The notes beneath the pieces were generated by a model, which made no database searches, was not told the DNA's origin, and worked only from the letters and a program-made list of their open reading frames with translations. Positions 1-23,442 of a DNA stretch of 64,000 bases are shown here, piece by piece. The translations under genes and the position numbers were made by a program. The first letter of the stretch is position 1; each line of letters starts with the position of its first letter. Origin of the DNA: Chrysomallon squamiferum. Taxonomy: Eukaryota > Animalia > Mollusca. The DNA is taken from positions 806,001 through 870,000 of the forward strand of contig CM022674.1 in assembly GCA_012295275.1 (NCBI GenBank), read 5' to 3'.

Positions 1-180
1 TTTATGGATTTCCACAGAATTCTGAATTCCAGCAGTATTACGTCAAAGTGAAAAATAAAAGAAAACAGATGAAATCTAAATTCATTTTAGTTCGTTAAAC
101 AGATTTCCCTGAGTGGTAAACTTTCAGTACATGCACCTGGTCGAACAGCGATATAACTGATTTAAGTTCAAACAGTATAA

Positions 181-219
<39 letters not shown>

Positions 220-588
220 GGCATATATACACACACACACTCACACACAAGTATAAGTGTATGTATGTGTGTATCTCTATGTTCGAGCGTATATGAACGC
301 CTATTTAAAGTTTTTAAAGTTGAAGAAGACTTAAAAACTAACTAAACTTCTGCATCAAAAAATGTGTGTGGGTGTGGGTGTGTGCGTGTGTGTGTGTGCG
401 TGTGTGCGAGTGTGTGTGGGTGTTAATAAAACAGGATATTGTAAGATCTACCTCAGTATGCACTTCCTTCTCATGATGGTTCTTTCATGTTTACGTCATA
501 ACAGTAACGTTACGTCATTTCATTGAGGATCACGTGAGAAATAGGATGTATTAGTCGCTTTTGTTTTTAGTAGTAAATAATAATAATA

Positions 589-630
<42 letters not shown>

Positions 631-958
631 TAATAGTAGTACTAGTAGTAGCAGTAGTATTAGTAGTGGCAGTAGTAGCAGTAGTAACGTTAATAGTAGT
701 CGCGGTAGTAGTAGTAGTAGCAGCTGAAGTAATATTGGTGCTATTGATAGTAGTAGAAGTAGCAGCAATCGTAATAGCAATAGTAATAGCAATAGTAATA
801 GTAGTAGCAACAGTTGCAGAAATAATACTTGTAATTTAATTATGATGATATTCATTTCCTAGGCCATCATTCATGTAACTTTCAGTTAGTTAACGACAAC
901 AAAATATTCTCTAGAAACAAAGGCCTTACAGAGTTGTCTTTCTTCATTGTTATGATCC

Positions 959-1326
959 CACTTTAACCTACCTGGACATATACTGGAGGATCATTTTGAA
1001 ATAATCCCAATAGAACAAACGCCCATTCTCGAGTCCAAAACTGAACCTGGCCTTTTCAGACTTGAACGAGAAGCGTTTTGGATTCGCACGTTAAAAACAA
1101 TAAAATCATCTGGAATAAATGTTGACTCGGGCAAATGTAAAGAAAGAGATAAAATAGTTTTCCCAATAATTTACAATCGCCACAACGTTGACATTTGTAA
1201 AATTATAAAATAACAATATTTTAACAGACTACTATGAAAAATCCACTAACAGCACGTCCCGTCATAGGTTACAGAAAAAAACAAGTCTAAAAGACATTTT
1301 AGTCTCTACGCGATTTTCGGAATAAC
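959..1326 (+). mobile_element. Degenerate Penelope-like element fragment (C-terminal part of GIY-YIG endonuclease)
   Basis: 959-1213 translates as HFNLPGHILEDHFEIIPIEQ...FRLEREAFWIRTLKTIKSSGINV, matching the HFN-x-x-GH...R-x-x-RE-x-FWI-x-x-LKT-x-x-x-G-x-N pattern of PLE GIY-YIG domains. It is followed by a disrupted PVIGYRKK/SLKDILV stretch. There is no start codon and there are in-frame stops. Confidence 0.7.
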
Positions 1327-1953
1327 ACGTCTATGCAAACCATTTGCGAATTAATTCAATTTGAAACAAATTAATTCAATGTGTTTAAAAAGTCATGAAT
1401 TTTTTGGAATCATATCTTCTAAATAGTGTTTAAAATAGTTTTAAATAGATTTTTGACTTGTATTTGTTTCTAGAAGTGTATTGGTATTAAATGTCACAAT
1501 ATTTTATAGAGATTTTTAGAAAGGATACTTTCTAAATAGTTTTTGAAATAGTTTTAAATAGATTTAGAGACGTACTGTTTTGCTCTATAAATGTATTTTT
1601 AAACATGTCTGAATGCTTCTGCATATAGTTTTAAAAGGTTTCATGCATGTAAATAAATCTTGTTGTTTTTTTAAACATGATACAAAAATTAATTAATATA
1701 TAGACAAAGGGCAAAAACACACTGTAATAAACATTACAAAGGTCAATTTTAAGTTAAATCGAATTCCTAGAGATAAAATTAGAAAATGATTAAAAAAATT
1801 TTAAATAATAAAAATACACATAATATAAAGAAATACATACATACATACATACATACTTACTTACATACATACATACATACATCTATACGTACATACATAC
1901 ATGCATACATACATCAATATTAATAAAAACATTTTAATTTTATTTTTTAATCT

Positions 1954-6751
<4,798 letters not shown>

Positions 6752-7020
6752 ATGAAATAAAAATATGTTCAAATCATCAAAGCCAAACTAAATATATCTA
6801 TTTTCTATAAAACAGTGTAGCAGAAATTCAAATTACTTCGTCATAGACTTCAGATGCAGATGTATATATATATAGGTAGGTAAATAGCTAGACAGGTAGG
6901 TAGGTAAATAGCTAGACACGTAGGTAGGTAGGAAAGTAGACAGCTGTATACGTATTTTTATGTATGAATGTTACTATATCTATGCATGTATGTAAGTATG
7001 TATGTATGTAGGTATGTTTG

Positions 7021-7051
<31 letters not shown>

Positions 7052-7068
7052 GTGTATGTATGTATCTG

Positions 7069-7103
<35 letters not shown>

Positions 7104-7563
7104 GTGTATCTGTATATGTGTGTATACATAATGTTGTTGTTGCATTCATTGTTTTGTTCGCAGTGTGGTTAATCACTACAAATATTCTTACTCAGCCTTT
7201 CTTAAATTACTGTTAACCCAACATAATAAAATATTTTAACAAGAAGAGCCAAGATAAATAATATAAATGATAAATAAATAAATGAATAAATAAATAAATA
7301 AATAAATAAAATAAAATAAAATAAGGGAAAACTGTAGCAATAATATTAAATAACAATACTGACGGTGATGATGATAAGAAAAAAAATAACAATAACGATA
7401 GTAATAATAATAATAATAGAAATAGGAAACAGAAACAGAAGTAAGGTATATTCAATAACATCATTCAGATAATATTACTATCTGTGATTATAATTCAAGT
7501 TTATCTGTAAAATTATCTAAACTAATCCATACCAAATTAAACAGATACTAAGCTAATTTAAGG

Positions 7564-7763
7564 NNNNNNNNNNNNNNNNNNNNNNNNNNNNNNNNNNNNN
7601 NNNNNNNNNNNNNNNNNNNNNNNNNNNNNNNNNNNNNNNNNNNNNNNNNNNNNNNNNNNNNNNNNNNNNNNNNNNNNNNNNNNNNNNNNNNNNNNNNNNN
7701 NNNNNNNNNNNNNNNNNNNNNNNNNNNNNNNNNNNNNNNNNNNNNNNNNNNNNNNNNNNNNNN
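7564..7763. other. Assembly gap (200 N)
   Basis: Run of exactly 200 N, a typical fixed-size scaffolding gap. Gene orientation differs on the two sides. Confidence 0.98.
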
Positions 7764-8033
7764 GCAACGATGGTAATGATGTACAACGAGCCGTTTATCA
7801 AAGACGTTGTCGTGAAGACGTGGTGGGCGTGTGCTATAGATCCCAAATGTATGTGCACCTATTATGACAACAGAGAACTTTACTGTAACACAGGTATTAG
7901 AAAATACAGCAAATGTCACAGGTTTGATCAAGCGGCGATAACTCTGATACTTGTTAAACTGTTCAGAGAACACGTAGAAAGTTTCGATCTTACTATGGGT
8001 AAATATCATTTCTTAAAACAAGACCGATTTTAA
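7764..8033 (+). CDS. 3' part of terminal exon E9 of another DUF1647-family copy (B), truncated by the gap
   Basis: ATMVMMYNEPFIKDVVVKTWWACAIDP...CHRFDQAA...FLKQDRF*. By eye it is nucleotide-identical to the reverse complement of copy G 59182-59506. Confidence 0.8.
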   Translation, partial: ATMVMMYNEPFIKDVVVKTWWACAIDPKCMCTYYDNRELYCNTGIRKYSKCHRFDQAAITLILVKLFREHVESFDLTMGKYHFLKQDRF

Positions 8034-8767
8034 ACATAAAACAAATTTGAAGGATGAGCCTAATTTTAAAGATTAAAAACATGGAAATAAAAATATGTAT
8101 GTTTGTATGTATGTATATATGTATATTTGTATATATGTATGTATCTATATATATATGTATGAATGGTATATTTGTATGTATTCTTTGTAAATTCTCTAAA
8201 GAATTCTGTAAGTTGACTAATGTATCAATAATAGAAAATAAAATGTTTATACCAGTTTTGCTTTAAGAAAAAAAAAAAGTTATCTTTTCGTAAATTTGCT
8301 GAAATGTTCGAGTGTAAAATATTTGCGGTGAAACAGACGCTGGTTTTTCTTTGTCAAACTGACACCTGCGATCGATCCAAGACACGAGTTCTGATTATTT
8401 GTATTGAGGGTGTGGATGGGTGGTGTTTATTAATCAAGCAAAATTGAAAATTGCATATACAAATAATGGAAATAATGGAACATGCAGAATTAAAACACTA
8501 ACGGAAACACGAAATACGAGACAAAGTTCGGAGACGTCTACAGGTTTTTTTTAAACGCGAGGAAATTACCTCATAATTCAAAATTCCATATACAAATAAC
8601 GGGATTATAGTAATATGCGAAATTAAAGAACTAACGAAAACGCCAAACACGATACTATGTGGACAGATATCAGCATCGTTTTATGAACATAGTACTGTAT
8701 TCATATACAAGGATAAATAATATATATATATATTACGTTCAATATGTCAAACTAGTCATCTGGCCTA

Positions 8768-8930
8768 TTGTTTGTTCCGTATAATTTCCATCAGAACTGA
8801 CTGGTGGTTAGCAAGTGAAAAATTCGTGTATTTTCTCACGTTCTAGTAGAATGAAAATATTTTTAAAATTTCGTGTTCATAATAAATAAATAAATGAATT
8901 CAAGAAAGACAACTCTTAGAGGAATTAGTT
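8768..8930 (+). repeat. 163-bp direct repeat, copy 1
   Basis: Matches 10755-10917 with one visible mismatch (gcaagt/gctagt). Confidence 0.9.
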
Positions 8931-9074
8931 CAGCCTAAAACCCATGACCGTCATGCGTCTGGTCTAATGATTAAATGTCCAGGAATTAGGCCAAACGACT
9001 CAAATAGACCTGCAGTCATTAGGGAATATGACTGAATCAATAAGGACTTGCAGTTGCAAGAAAACATAAAGTAG

Positions 9075-9690
9075 TGTTCAGTTTATTACAGCAGTTCAAA
9101 CTCGCCTGACATCTTGAATTGCACAAAAGATTGTTCTTGAAACATTTACAACGTTTTCTTTGACACCTCTTTCACACCCACCCCACCCCAGAGTTGCATT
9201 TCACAAATCCGCGTCCTCCTGCAGATGACTCCTTTCAAACTGCAGCTTCAAGAGACATTGCACTCTCTCTCTGTTCACGTCATCCAACAAGATCAGTGTC
9301 TGTGGACACACATCAAACTTGCTCCTGGAATATTTGACTTTCAGAAATCCGGACAGGCATCACGTCCACTGTCCACTGTCACCTGTGTGTCCGCTTGATG
9401 ACGTCAAACGTGTGTTCAGTGGAAACGTAGTACTGACGTGCGTCATCATCTGTTTGACGCTTCTTAGTCTGTTTCTGTACGTCTCCACACTCAAACATTT
9501 CAAACTTGCACACGAGGTAGTACTTGTGTGTGTGTGGAGGGGGCTTCCTTCCTCGGGCAAACAAAGATCTTCTTTAACTTCTCGTCCATAATTAATAAGC
9601 ACTCTTCTTTTGGAATGTTCAGTCTTTTGCACGCTTCATACTTCTTAAACAGTTCTCTCTAAAAGCGATCTTCTGTAGGTGACCTCAATA
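9075..9690 (-). mobile_element. Internally deleted KRBA2/SCAND3-like (Ginger-type integrase) DNA transposon remnant
   Basis: N-terminal part HKYYLVCKFEMFECGDVQKQTKKRQTDDDARQYYVSTEHTFDVIKRTH (9564-9379) is joined almost directly to the C-terminal part GFLKVKYSRSKFDVCPQTLILLDDVNRESAMSLEAAV*KESSAGGRGFVKCN and a frameshifted RCKCFKNNLLCNSRCQASLNCCNK. These match my recollection of KRBA2-like transposase termini. The DDE core is missing. TATAAAA lies on the minus strand at 9846-9852. Confidence 0.75.
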
Positions 9691-9959
9691 ACGTACACAC
9701 AAGTGATCTGAATCTGATCTTGAACTTGAACTTGGAAAAGATTGAGGTGCTAATCAGAGCTAGCTGTTGTGAAGCACGTCTACGACGGGCACGCTTTCTG
9801 ACAGGTCGCAGTTTTGGGTAGTGAATCTGATCAGGAGATACCGTATTTTATACCACCTAACAACACTGACCAGTTAAGCCAGTGCCCAACACTAATGAGA
9901 TGTGTTTTGTAAGGATTAAACATGTCCTTGAAATCTGAATATGTAAGTTATAGACTGTC

Positions 9960-10300
9960 GGTATTAAAGTTACTGGTCTTTGATGTAAGAATAACACAAC
10001 AATAAGGCAGGTATGCTCTGAAAAAGAGTGTAAATAATATGTCTTTAAATTTTATGTTTTTATTGTCACTGTTTGATACATATGTAACTAGTGTATTGCC
10101 TTATGATAGTGGTTTTCAAATAGGAGATGTTATTGAGAAAATTAACTTAGATTTTTGTAAACACATTTTAAAAGTTAAAGTGTCAACCACATATAAGTTG
10201 GTCTGTTTTGAAGAGAGTAGATTCCTTTTAGTTTATCAGCGTATTTATCAAATGATTAAATATTGGTTGAAATTAATTACTTAAAAAATGTTATATTATA
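9960..10300 (+). mobile_element. Non-LTR retrotransposon (LINE, RTE-X/L2-like) ORF2 fragment downstream of the RT domain
   Basis: ORF 10039-10284 LFDTYVTSVLPY...IEKINLDFCKHILKVKVSTT...RFLL...IKYWLKL matches the typical post-RT motif LFD...IL.YG.E.WG...IE..HL.FCK.IL.VK.ST....Y.ELGR.PL....IKYWLKL. Confidence 0.75.
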
Positions 10301-10754
10301 GAAATATAAATAGGTGACTTTTATTAGGAAAACTTTATATGAACTGGGATTGGGATACATATGCATAGAACAAGGCCAGATTAATTAAACTATATAACAA
10401 TTAAAAAATATATATCTGTGCATAATTAAGCGAAGGCAGAATCTTTCAATTCAGCTAAATACCTTTTATATAAATATACTACAGATATTGAGACTGAAGA
10501 CGAGACTGTTTCTAACACTGTGCAATTTGAGAAATTATTTGCTTAAAACATTTCAATGTAGAAACGTTTTGATTAGCTAGATATAATGTGTGTGCTATAC
10601 TATTTTATAATTCAATATGTGGATTTACAATACTAACGAAAACACCACACACGAAGCTAAGTGGCAAGATCTCTAAATTTTTTTTGTAATCAGTATTGTA
10701 TTGAATTCAAGTAAATTGAGGTCATAAATAAGCGGAAGAAATAAAATGTGTAAG

Positions 10755-10917
10755 TTGTTTGTTCCGTATAATTTCCATCAGAACTGACTGGTGGTTAGCT
10801 AGTGAAAAATTCGTGTATTTTCTCACGTTCTAGTAGAATGAAAATATTTTTAAAATTTCGTGTTCATAATAAATAAATAAATGAATTCAAGAAAGACAAC
10901 TCTTAGAGGAATTAGTT
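10755..10917 (+). repeat. 163-bp direct repeat, copy 2
   Basis: Matches 8768-8930. Confidence 0.9.
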
Positions 10918-11576
10918 TCCTAAGAATATCTTTACATGGATTTCAGATAGTTTTGAATGGACGCAATAGGAAATGAATACCTACTAACGACTTAGAATAA
11001 TTTTAATTGTGACCTGTGCTAGATGTCAAGCAAAATCGCCAATATACATAGAAGTATTTTATTTTATTTTATTTTTTAGATAGGGACTTTTAAATTTGGA
11101 ACTTTTGAGTATGGTGTAACAATGCTTTTGATAAAAGAATGACATAAGTAATCATTACTCATATAATTATTTCAAAAGTCTGAAATAAAAGAAAACGTTA
11201 CGGAACAGTTAAGATCAAAGATTAAAATATATTTATCAACGAGGCAGGACAAATTATGGAGTAACTATCCTTGGTCAATGAAAGGTATAAACCTGTGTTT
11301 TTGTAACGTTTTACAAAAATAATTCATACAGGCAAATATTCTCTACGTTCTTCTAATTAATTGATTACTGTGTTTTTTTTTAAAGATACTTATTTACCAA
11401 CGTGCATACTAAGGGTTTATAATTATATTTTCAATGCTTCGATGCCATAGCGTAAGAAAGTAGCCAAGTAATGATAATACTATGATTAAATTGAGGACAT
11501 TAGTCCATCATGTAAGTACAATTATCTTATACGCAGATACCAGAACACACGTGCAAACATTTTCCCTTTTTAACCT

Positions 11577-13802
11577 TTAGAATGACGCTCTTCTTCCAAA
11601 ATGATATTTTCCAACACTAACAGAGAAAGTTTCTACGTGTTCTCTGAACAGTTTAACAAGTATCAGAGTTATCGCCGCTTGATCAAACCTGTGACATTTG
11701 CTGTATTTTCTAATACGTGTGTTACAGTGAAGTTCTCTGTTGTTATAACAGGTGCACGTACATTTGGGATCTATAGCACACGCCCACCACGTCTTCACGA
11801 CAACGTCCTTGATAAACGTTGTACAACAACACCATCGTTGCCGTGAACTGAACATACTTGCAATATTCGCAGGCGTCGTCGCCGAAGTAGTGAAGCACAG
11901 TCCGAGACGTTTGATATGCAGTAGAGTGTGACGCTGTTTCTAACAAGAAGAGTTGACGCTGTCAAACAGAGGTCGGGAGTCGACTGCTTTCAAACGGACT
12001 GATGTATCTTTAATACTGTAAATACTACATACTACACTAATAAAACTACTAAGGCTATTTTTAGCAACTATTGCTATTACTAGTAAACAATAACTACTGC
12101 TACTGCTACAACTTAAAGAAAACGCGATTCATAAGTGACTAAATCTGAGTAAAATGTACAGAAATCAATATAAACTATTGACAGTGGCGTTACACATTTT
12201 CAAAGATATTTTTTAAAACTAAAGCGTTTATAGGCAGCACATGCATTTATTTATTTACTTTTCGTTTTAGTTTATTTCATTTTCAGTAGAAGACAGAAAG
12301 ATTAAAATATTACTTACAGACAAGATGGTAGAATGAACTACGGAAGTTTGAACCAACATCTTGTCACTTGCGATGTTAAAGTTTTAGGAATTAAAGAAGC
12401 AAAAATCACCGTGGTGTTTTGTAAACTGGGATTTCTTTAGCAGCCGTGTGACGTCAGCGAAAACAAAGCAATCTGCAAATAAATGTCGTGAGTTAAAACA
12501 ATCAATTTGGAAAACTGTGACATCAGTGCAAACAATCAATTAGCAGATGTGTGACGTCAGTGAAAACTAGCAACTAGCCATACTGTGACGTCAGCGAAAA
12601 CAAGCAGTTAGCAGGACTGTGACGTCAGTGAAAACAATCAAATAAGAAACGTGTGACGTCATTGAAAACAAGCAATTAGCAGGACTGTGACATCAAAGAG
12701 AGAAAGAAAACGAGAGAAGAGAAACAGAAAAAAATTAAGAGAGTGAAAAAAGAGAGATTTCATCCTGTTTTAAGTCAGTTTCTTTGTTACTGTTATTTTG
12801 CAAGTGTTAGATAAATACTTAGTAGCCTCATTTTCATGTTTAAATAAACTTTAAACAAATGTGAACACCTCTCGACCCGAAAAGAAAACAATCGGAAACA
12901 CTAGTGATAAACACTAGTGACAAACACGAGTAATAATACTAAATAAGAATCATCACAGTGATGATGATTATTGTAAGAATAATAAAAGCGATAATGATAA
13001 TAATAATAAACATTTTTATATGTTTGAAAAAAGAAGAAGCAAAAGGGAAATAGGAACGAAAAAAGGGTATATTCGTTAGATCTTCAGATAATATTACTAC
13101 CTGTGATTATAACTCAAGTTTATCTTTAAAATAATCATACGATAATCATATCTATAAAAATAATGTTGTTATTAATAATAGTAAACATAATTTAACACTA
13201 TGTTATTCAACAGAATTTAATACTTAATTAACACAATTCATCTCTGCTTTAAGTGACAAAATTTTACACATTTTTGTTTCAATTGCTTTTTTTTCTTTAT
13301 ATGTCAATGCGTCAAAGGCTATAGCTATAAATATGCTGTAGTAAGAGTCTAGGTATGTTTATATTTATGAAAATATCTGTGTTTGTGTATATCTGTATGT
13401 ATGTATGTATGTATGTATGTATTATGTACGTGTGTTTCGGTGTATATGTATGCAAGCATGTAAATATGTATGTACGTGTGTCTATATATATGCATATATG
13501 TATACATTACTGACTATTATTTTAAATATTGCTATATTTATTATAATATTTCCCGATCAAAAATAAACTAAGTAAAATAAAATGTAATAAAATAAAACAA
13601 AATAAATAAATAAATTCAAAGTCATGTTATATTCAGTGACATTCAGTTTCTTTTCCTGACATTTTCTTCGTTACTGTAACAGTGTATGAAAGATTCACTC
13701 ATGCAATAAATAAAATTATCTTAAGCTTTGCTAGATAATATTCGGGCCACGAACTTGTTGTGATCTGGTGACAAATCCTGAACAGTTTCCCAGTACTGAG
13801 AT
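11577..13802 (-). pseudogene. DUF1647-family pseudogene retaining a frameshifted E9 and a dead E1; E2-E8 deleted
   Basis: E9 remnant at about 12008-11577 is split over frames (ORFs 11743-11946 and 11577-11855) and lacks its acceptor. Intron-8-like sequence jumps to intron-2-like sequence near 12120. E1 remnant 13802-13759 has ATG->ATC and donor GT->AC. Confidence 0.85.
12449..12695. repeat. 34-bp period minisatellite, 8 units, 5 with a perfect TGACGTCA (CRE) palindrome
   Basis: TGACGTCA at 12449, 12552, 12586, 12620, 12654; variants at 12484, 12518, 12688; spacing 35,34,34,34,34,34,34. Confidence 0.9.
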
Positions 13803-13930
13803 CTCATCTAATTATAGTACTTTGTGAGAAAACAAAAATTAGACTGTGTCTTCAAACAGGTCTCATTGTTCATTTCAAACTGTTTTTAAATCGATAGAGA
13901 ACTAACATTAATTGTATTAGATTAAACAAA

Positions 13931-13970
<40 letters not shown>

Positions 13971-14524
13971 GTTATTTATCAATTCATTTATTTATTTTGT
14001 TGTTATTGTTGTTGTTGTTGTTGTTTTTTGTAGTTGTTGTTAGCATTCCGTTGTTAATGTTGTTATTGCTCATGTTCGTTGTGGGGACCAGTGTGGTGCA
14101 TGTGAATAAAGATTGCAAATAAGTTGAAAGGAAATTGTGTGTAAACTTTGTCTCTCTGATGAAAGGGAAACCTGCGACGTAGGAAAACTTTTGCTGGATC
14201 CCATGGGTGTCCATACCAGTCAGATAACCCTTCACCAGAGAGACAAGATTTACAGAAAATGCTATTTTAAAATAGTTATGCTCTCTATTCACATTCACGA
14301 CATCGGTCCTAACAACGAAAACAAACATCAACATCAACAAAGGAAAAAAATAAATAAAAAAAAATAAAATAAAAGAAGATGTTTTATCTGATGTTAGTTT
14401 CGTTTAGTCTCATACAATTAATGGTTCTTCTTTATAGACTGAAACAGTCTGAGGTGAACAACGCAGCCAGTTTGAAGTGACAGACAAGATTTTGTTGCGT
14501 CATACATTGCTGTAGTTAGTGGAG

Positions 14525-14568
14525 ATAGCAGTAATAGAATACTATTCAATGTGTGTCGCCAGATCACG
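14525..14568 (+). pseudogene. Degenerate extra copy of exon E1 upstream of copy C
   Basis: ATAGCAGTAATAGAATACTATTCAATGTGTGTCGCCAGATCACG aligns to E1 with ATG->ATA and no GT donor. The flanks match E1 flanks. Confidence 0.6.
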
Positions 14569-16280
14569 ATCTACGTATCCCGTATCCTCTCTCAAAACTT
14601 AAGAACTGTATCGTCGTTGTATGAGCAAATCTTTTCTGCATTCGAACAGCAAAGAAGTCAAAGTTACACAGATAAAGTCGACTGATAACAGAATGTCAGA
14701 GAGTGTAATATCCCTTTTACTTTTGCGGATTTTTATTATTATTTATTTATTAACTTATTTATTTATTTATTATTTAAATTAATTCATTCTTGATCGAGAT
14801 AAATTTAGCAATATCTTAAATAACTGACAGCAATGTATACACACATACATAGATACATCCAAACAAACCGAAAGAAACACACATACATACACACATACAC
14901 ACACACACACACAAATGCATAAGCTGACAAATGCAGCTAAAGTCTGCATGCCCCACTGGTTTTGAGAACATTTTTAAATATTTCTCACAACCCTTACAGA
15001 CATCTGTAACAATCAGATTTTAAACTGAACTGGATTTTCAATAGTTCGTTTTTACAAGTGGATTTTTTTACCTTATCCGGATTTTAATAAGTGAATTTTA
15101 ATTTCATATGGATTCTTCATATATTGTGTTAAAAACTAGATTTTTAACTTCATCTGGATTTTAATCTGCCATGGATTTTTAATAGACTGATTCTAACAAT
15201 AGATTTGTATCTCTTTCTGGATTTTAGTGAGTAGATTTTAATTTGACATAAATCTTTAATGATCTTATTTTACTCACTATTTTAAATTTAAATGGACTTC
15301 GAAGGAAATTGTATCATGATTTTAGGATTGAATATCTTATATGTACGAACATTCAGATATTTCAATTTTTAATGTTATTTAAGACTAACATATAGACACG
15401 AAGACACATAGATACATATATCCACATACAGACACACACATACACATATACACACAGAATATCTATCTATCTCTGTGTTATGCATAGTGTTTGAGTGTAT
15501 GTCAGTTTTTCTCTTTGCGCGCATCTGCGTGCGTACGTGCGTGTGTATGTATGTGTGTGCTATTGAATATATGTGTCTTTGTGTCAGTTTGAAAGTATGT
15601 GTGTGTGTATGGGTATATACATGTGTGTTTACATGACATTGTGTATATATGTTCCCTGGATAGATGATACAGATAACATTTGTATGTCTAAATTATATAT
15701 ATATATATATATATAAACACACACACATGTTTATAAGTTATTGTTCTGTACATTTAACTAAACTAAACTGAGTTAGAATGTATGTACGTAAAACATATTA
15801 TATATATATATATTTTCATTTAATTTTTTTTTCTTTTGTCATAAATATTGCTTTTCCGTTTACATAGAAATCACATTTCTATACTGGATAAAAATAAAAT
15901 TCACATTTCTGTAGTGGATATGTCCCGTGTGTCCATACCAGTCAGATAACCCTTCACCAGAGACACAAGATTTACAGACAATGCTATTTTAACATATTTA
16001 TATTCTCTATTCACATTCACCACATCGGTGCTCACAACGTACCTAAATAAGAACAACATCAACAATGAAATAATAATAATAATAATAACAATAACAATAA
16101 AGAAAAGAAGATTTTATCAAAAGTTGGTTGAATGGTTTATCTGATGTTAGTTTTATTTAATCTAATATCGATTAAACATTTGAACCACTATCGATTCAAA
16201 CAGTTTGCGGTTGTTTTGAACACCAGTTTGAAGAGACAGACTAGTTTTTATTGTCACACACGTAACTCTAGCTAGACCAG

Positions 16281-22757
<6,477 letters not shown>

Positions 22758-23442
22758 AAACTCGAAATAAAATGTTTGGTTTTTTATATATGTATATATG
22801 TATGTATGTATGTATGTTTCTTAGGATTTTGAGTATTCTCTGTCTTATATGTACGTCTGAATAGACTCTGCACTTAGACAATATTCGGGAACGCACTGGC
22901 GCAGGAGGACAAAATTCAATCACGAGAAATGCTGGTGTTGTTTTTGTAGAGTTTTCTTTGGGTTTTTTTGTTGGTTTTTTCTTTTTTGGGCGACTTTTAT
23001 TATTTATTTATTTATTTATCATTGTTATTATTATTACTTCATTTTTTCATACTATTATTTTTTTTTTATTATTATTATTATTATCATTTCTTTTCTCTTT
23101 TTTTTTTCATTTATTTCAAATCACTTCAGTATAAAATAAAACAAAAAATTCATATTTGATTATTTTCCCAAGATCCTGCTCATCCTAGTGATTCTGTTTT
23201 TAACAGACACAATCTTCCCTGAGTCGACTACAAGCTCTCAGTAATTCTTCATCCATCATATCTTAAACAACATATAAAAATAAAAAAAAAAAAAATTATT
23301 TAAAACTCGCCACCCTACACGTAACTTGAAAAGAAACACGTAGATAATTTATACTCTGTCGCTGCTATCCGACAAAAAAAAACTAAAAAAAAATAAATAA
23401 ATAAATAAAAAAATTATTTCAATGACAGAAAATAAAACTATA

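Noticed and set aside
12449-12695. CRISPR-like repeat-spacer pattern
   Set aside because: The inter-core segments are diverged copies of each other and the period is only 34 bp
14137-14367. Similar ORFs LLDPMGVHT.../FLDPMGVPT... (also 49590-49829)
   Set aside because: Duplicated upstream non-coding region with non-matching starts and ends and no recognisable domain
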